32,000 bases of DNA. Source: Paramicrosporidium saccamoebae KSL3 (Eukaryota; Fungi; Cryptomycota). The translations under genes and the position numbers were made by a program. The stretch covers positions 1 through 32,000 of the forward strand of contig MTSL01000200.1 in assembly GCA_002794465.1 (NCBI GenBank), written 5' to 3'. Positions 30,612 to 32,000 of this stretch are shown here, one piece after another (the first letter of the stretch is position 1; every line of letters begins with the position of its first letter). The notes beneath the pieces are model-generated. The model did no database searches and was not told where the DNA came from. It worked only from the letters and a program-made list of their open reading frames with translations.

Positions 30612-31543
30612 TCATCGAATTCGTTTACTGAATTTGGCAAATGCATATGCTAACGAGTTGACTGGGCCGGCCGTCATCACACCCTTTAGGGCCTGCAGAG
30701 TCGCTGGCCGTCGTACAATCGATGCTATCGATCGGTCCATAATAGTTGGGAGATGGGGGTGCTGGGAGAGTTGGACAAAGTCTCCATGGGAATACATTTG
30801 TCGCTGTAGATTTATGGGTAACTTGCAAATTTGATTCAGTCTGCTGATCGGGTCCTCATCCTATGCATTAGTCCCACCATGCGTCTACTTGATTATAATA
30901 GTCGCCACTCTGAACTGTTTCAGCATCTAATGTCAGGAGCTTGGAGTATATTTCTGCGAGCTCGTCATATTGTCCGTCGAGGATCCGGCCGACCTTGTGT
31001 GGGTCCTCTGCCCAGCCCATCCTCGGATCACCGCAATATGAAATTCTCACCACACACTGTAAAAAGTCTCGGAGGCTGAACCGTCCGCCTAGTGACAATA
31101 AGGAAGCTCGCATTGCATGCATCCTATTTTCCGCAAGCAGATCGGTTGTGCCGTGGAAAATCCGGACCGACTTGTGCAGACGCCCCGCTACATAGAGTGT
31201 CGTCCAGTGTCGCATGTCGGCCTGAAATGAGGCAGTGGCAATGACGCCGTATTTGATGCGTTGACCACCGACCACGACAGACGGCACATAGTACAGACCA
31301 GCCGCACTATACTGCAAAAAGCCGTCTAGAGAGGAAGGATGGTGATAATGGGTGGGATGGCGCTGTCGATTTTCATAATGCCAGGCCAATGGGTCTGCCA
31401 CGACAAAGATAAAGTCCAGCATCGAGTTCTATCAATCAGAATTGCTGCAAAAATACAGATGCATCGTAGCCAGCTTGCGGCACGGCGACGGAGCCATAGG
31501 CACATGCAAACTCTATGGGAGGAAATTCTCCAAGAAGGCTCAT
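30612..31543 (-). CDS. TAM41: Mitochondrial phosphatidate cytidylyltransferase Tam41, 291 aa; exons 31457-31543, 30889-31428, 30612-30860
   Basis: FPPIEFACAYGS..VPQ, MLDFIF, IKYGV, LYVAGRLHK, ISYCGDPRM..AEDPHKV, LKGVMTAG. Two 28-nt introns. Confidence 0.9.
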
Positions 31544-31818
31544 TAAAGAAAACACTTAATATTTGTGAGATGGTATATTGACAGATCAAACCTTTAATCC
31601 AAAGGGTCTGTTAAACAGCATCCACTTATTACTGGTGAGTCCGACCCAGATAGCGGTCCCATGGTCCAGTTTGATTGCATTAAGAATGGCCACCTACAAA
31701 GAAGCCATTTACTTTAATAAAAGTCAAGTTCACCCATCAACAGGGTTCTTATTGGCACCTCACAGGATGGTGTGTTGATAAACCAAGGCTCCCTTCATAA
31801 AGGGTCTCTACATAAATA

Positions 31819-32000
31819 TTACAATAGTAGTAACTTTTAATGATCAGAATCGGAGGGTACCTGTCCTGATTTTTTCAGCCCGGCAAGATGCAATTCGGTG
31901 ATAGAACCGCTCCGCCTTCCTCCCTTCAGCACGGGGGATAGCGGCTCCAGGATGGGACTGTCTTCAATGCTTTGCCGTCGCACCTTGTTCTGCAATCTCA
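31819..32000 (-). CDS. 3' end of an unidentified gene running off the window
   Basis: Open frame RLQNKVRRQSIEDSPILEPLSPVLKGGRRSGSITELHLAGLKKSGQ, then a possible 27-nt intron (31834-31860) and LLLL-stop. The unspliced alternative ends VPSDSDH. Confidence 0.45.

Overview
This is a very compact eukaryotic nuclear region with about 20 protein genes, intergenic gaps as short as 20-45 bp, and many 27-37 nt GT-AG introns that break genes into the ORF fragments seen in the track. Reconstructed genes in order: FOX2, RACK1/ASC1, ATP15 (missed by the ORF track), THR1, NOP16, CET1, a PA-TM-RING E3 ligase, PDS5, an orphan coiled-coil protein, a DNAJB12/HLJ1-like J protein, PAB1, mitochondrial uL15, a VPS68/TMEM50-like protein, HIR1, a ChAPs exomer subunit, TFC4, a probably secreted ankyrin-repeat protein, TAM41 and a partial gene. 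The gene set (Cet1-type triphosphatase, exomer, mitochondrial and peroxisomal functions) with mini-introns suggests a fungus-allied lineage with a reduced genome, such as Rozellomycota or early microsporidian relatives like Paramicrosporidium. That assignment is inference, not a database result. Main non-routine observations: (1) two solo-LTR-like insertions of one family, each with its own 4-bp target-site duplication and differing almost only by transitions; (2) a single 139-nt, strongly structured intron in RACK1; (3) an unusual GTAC-biased 5' splice site; (4) a signal-peptide ankyrin protein whose repeats resemble amoebal giant-virus ankyrins; (5) a palindromic motif recurring upstream of three genes. 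All gene models were built by hand without tools.
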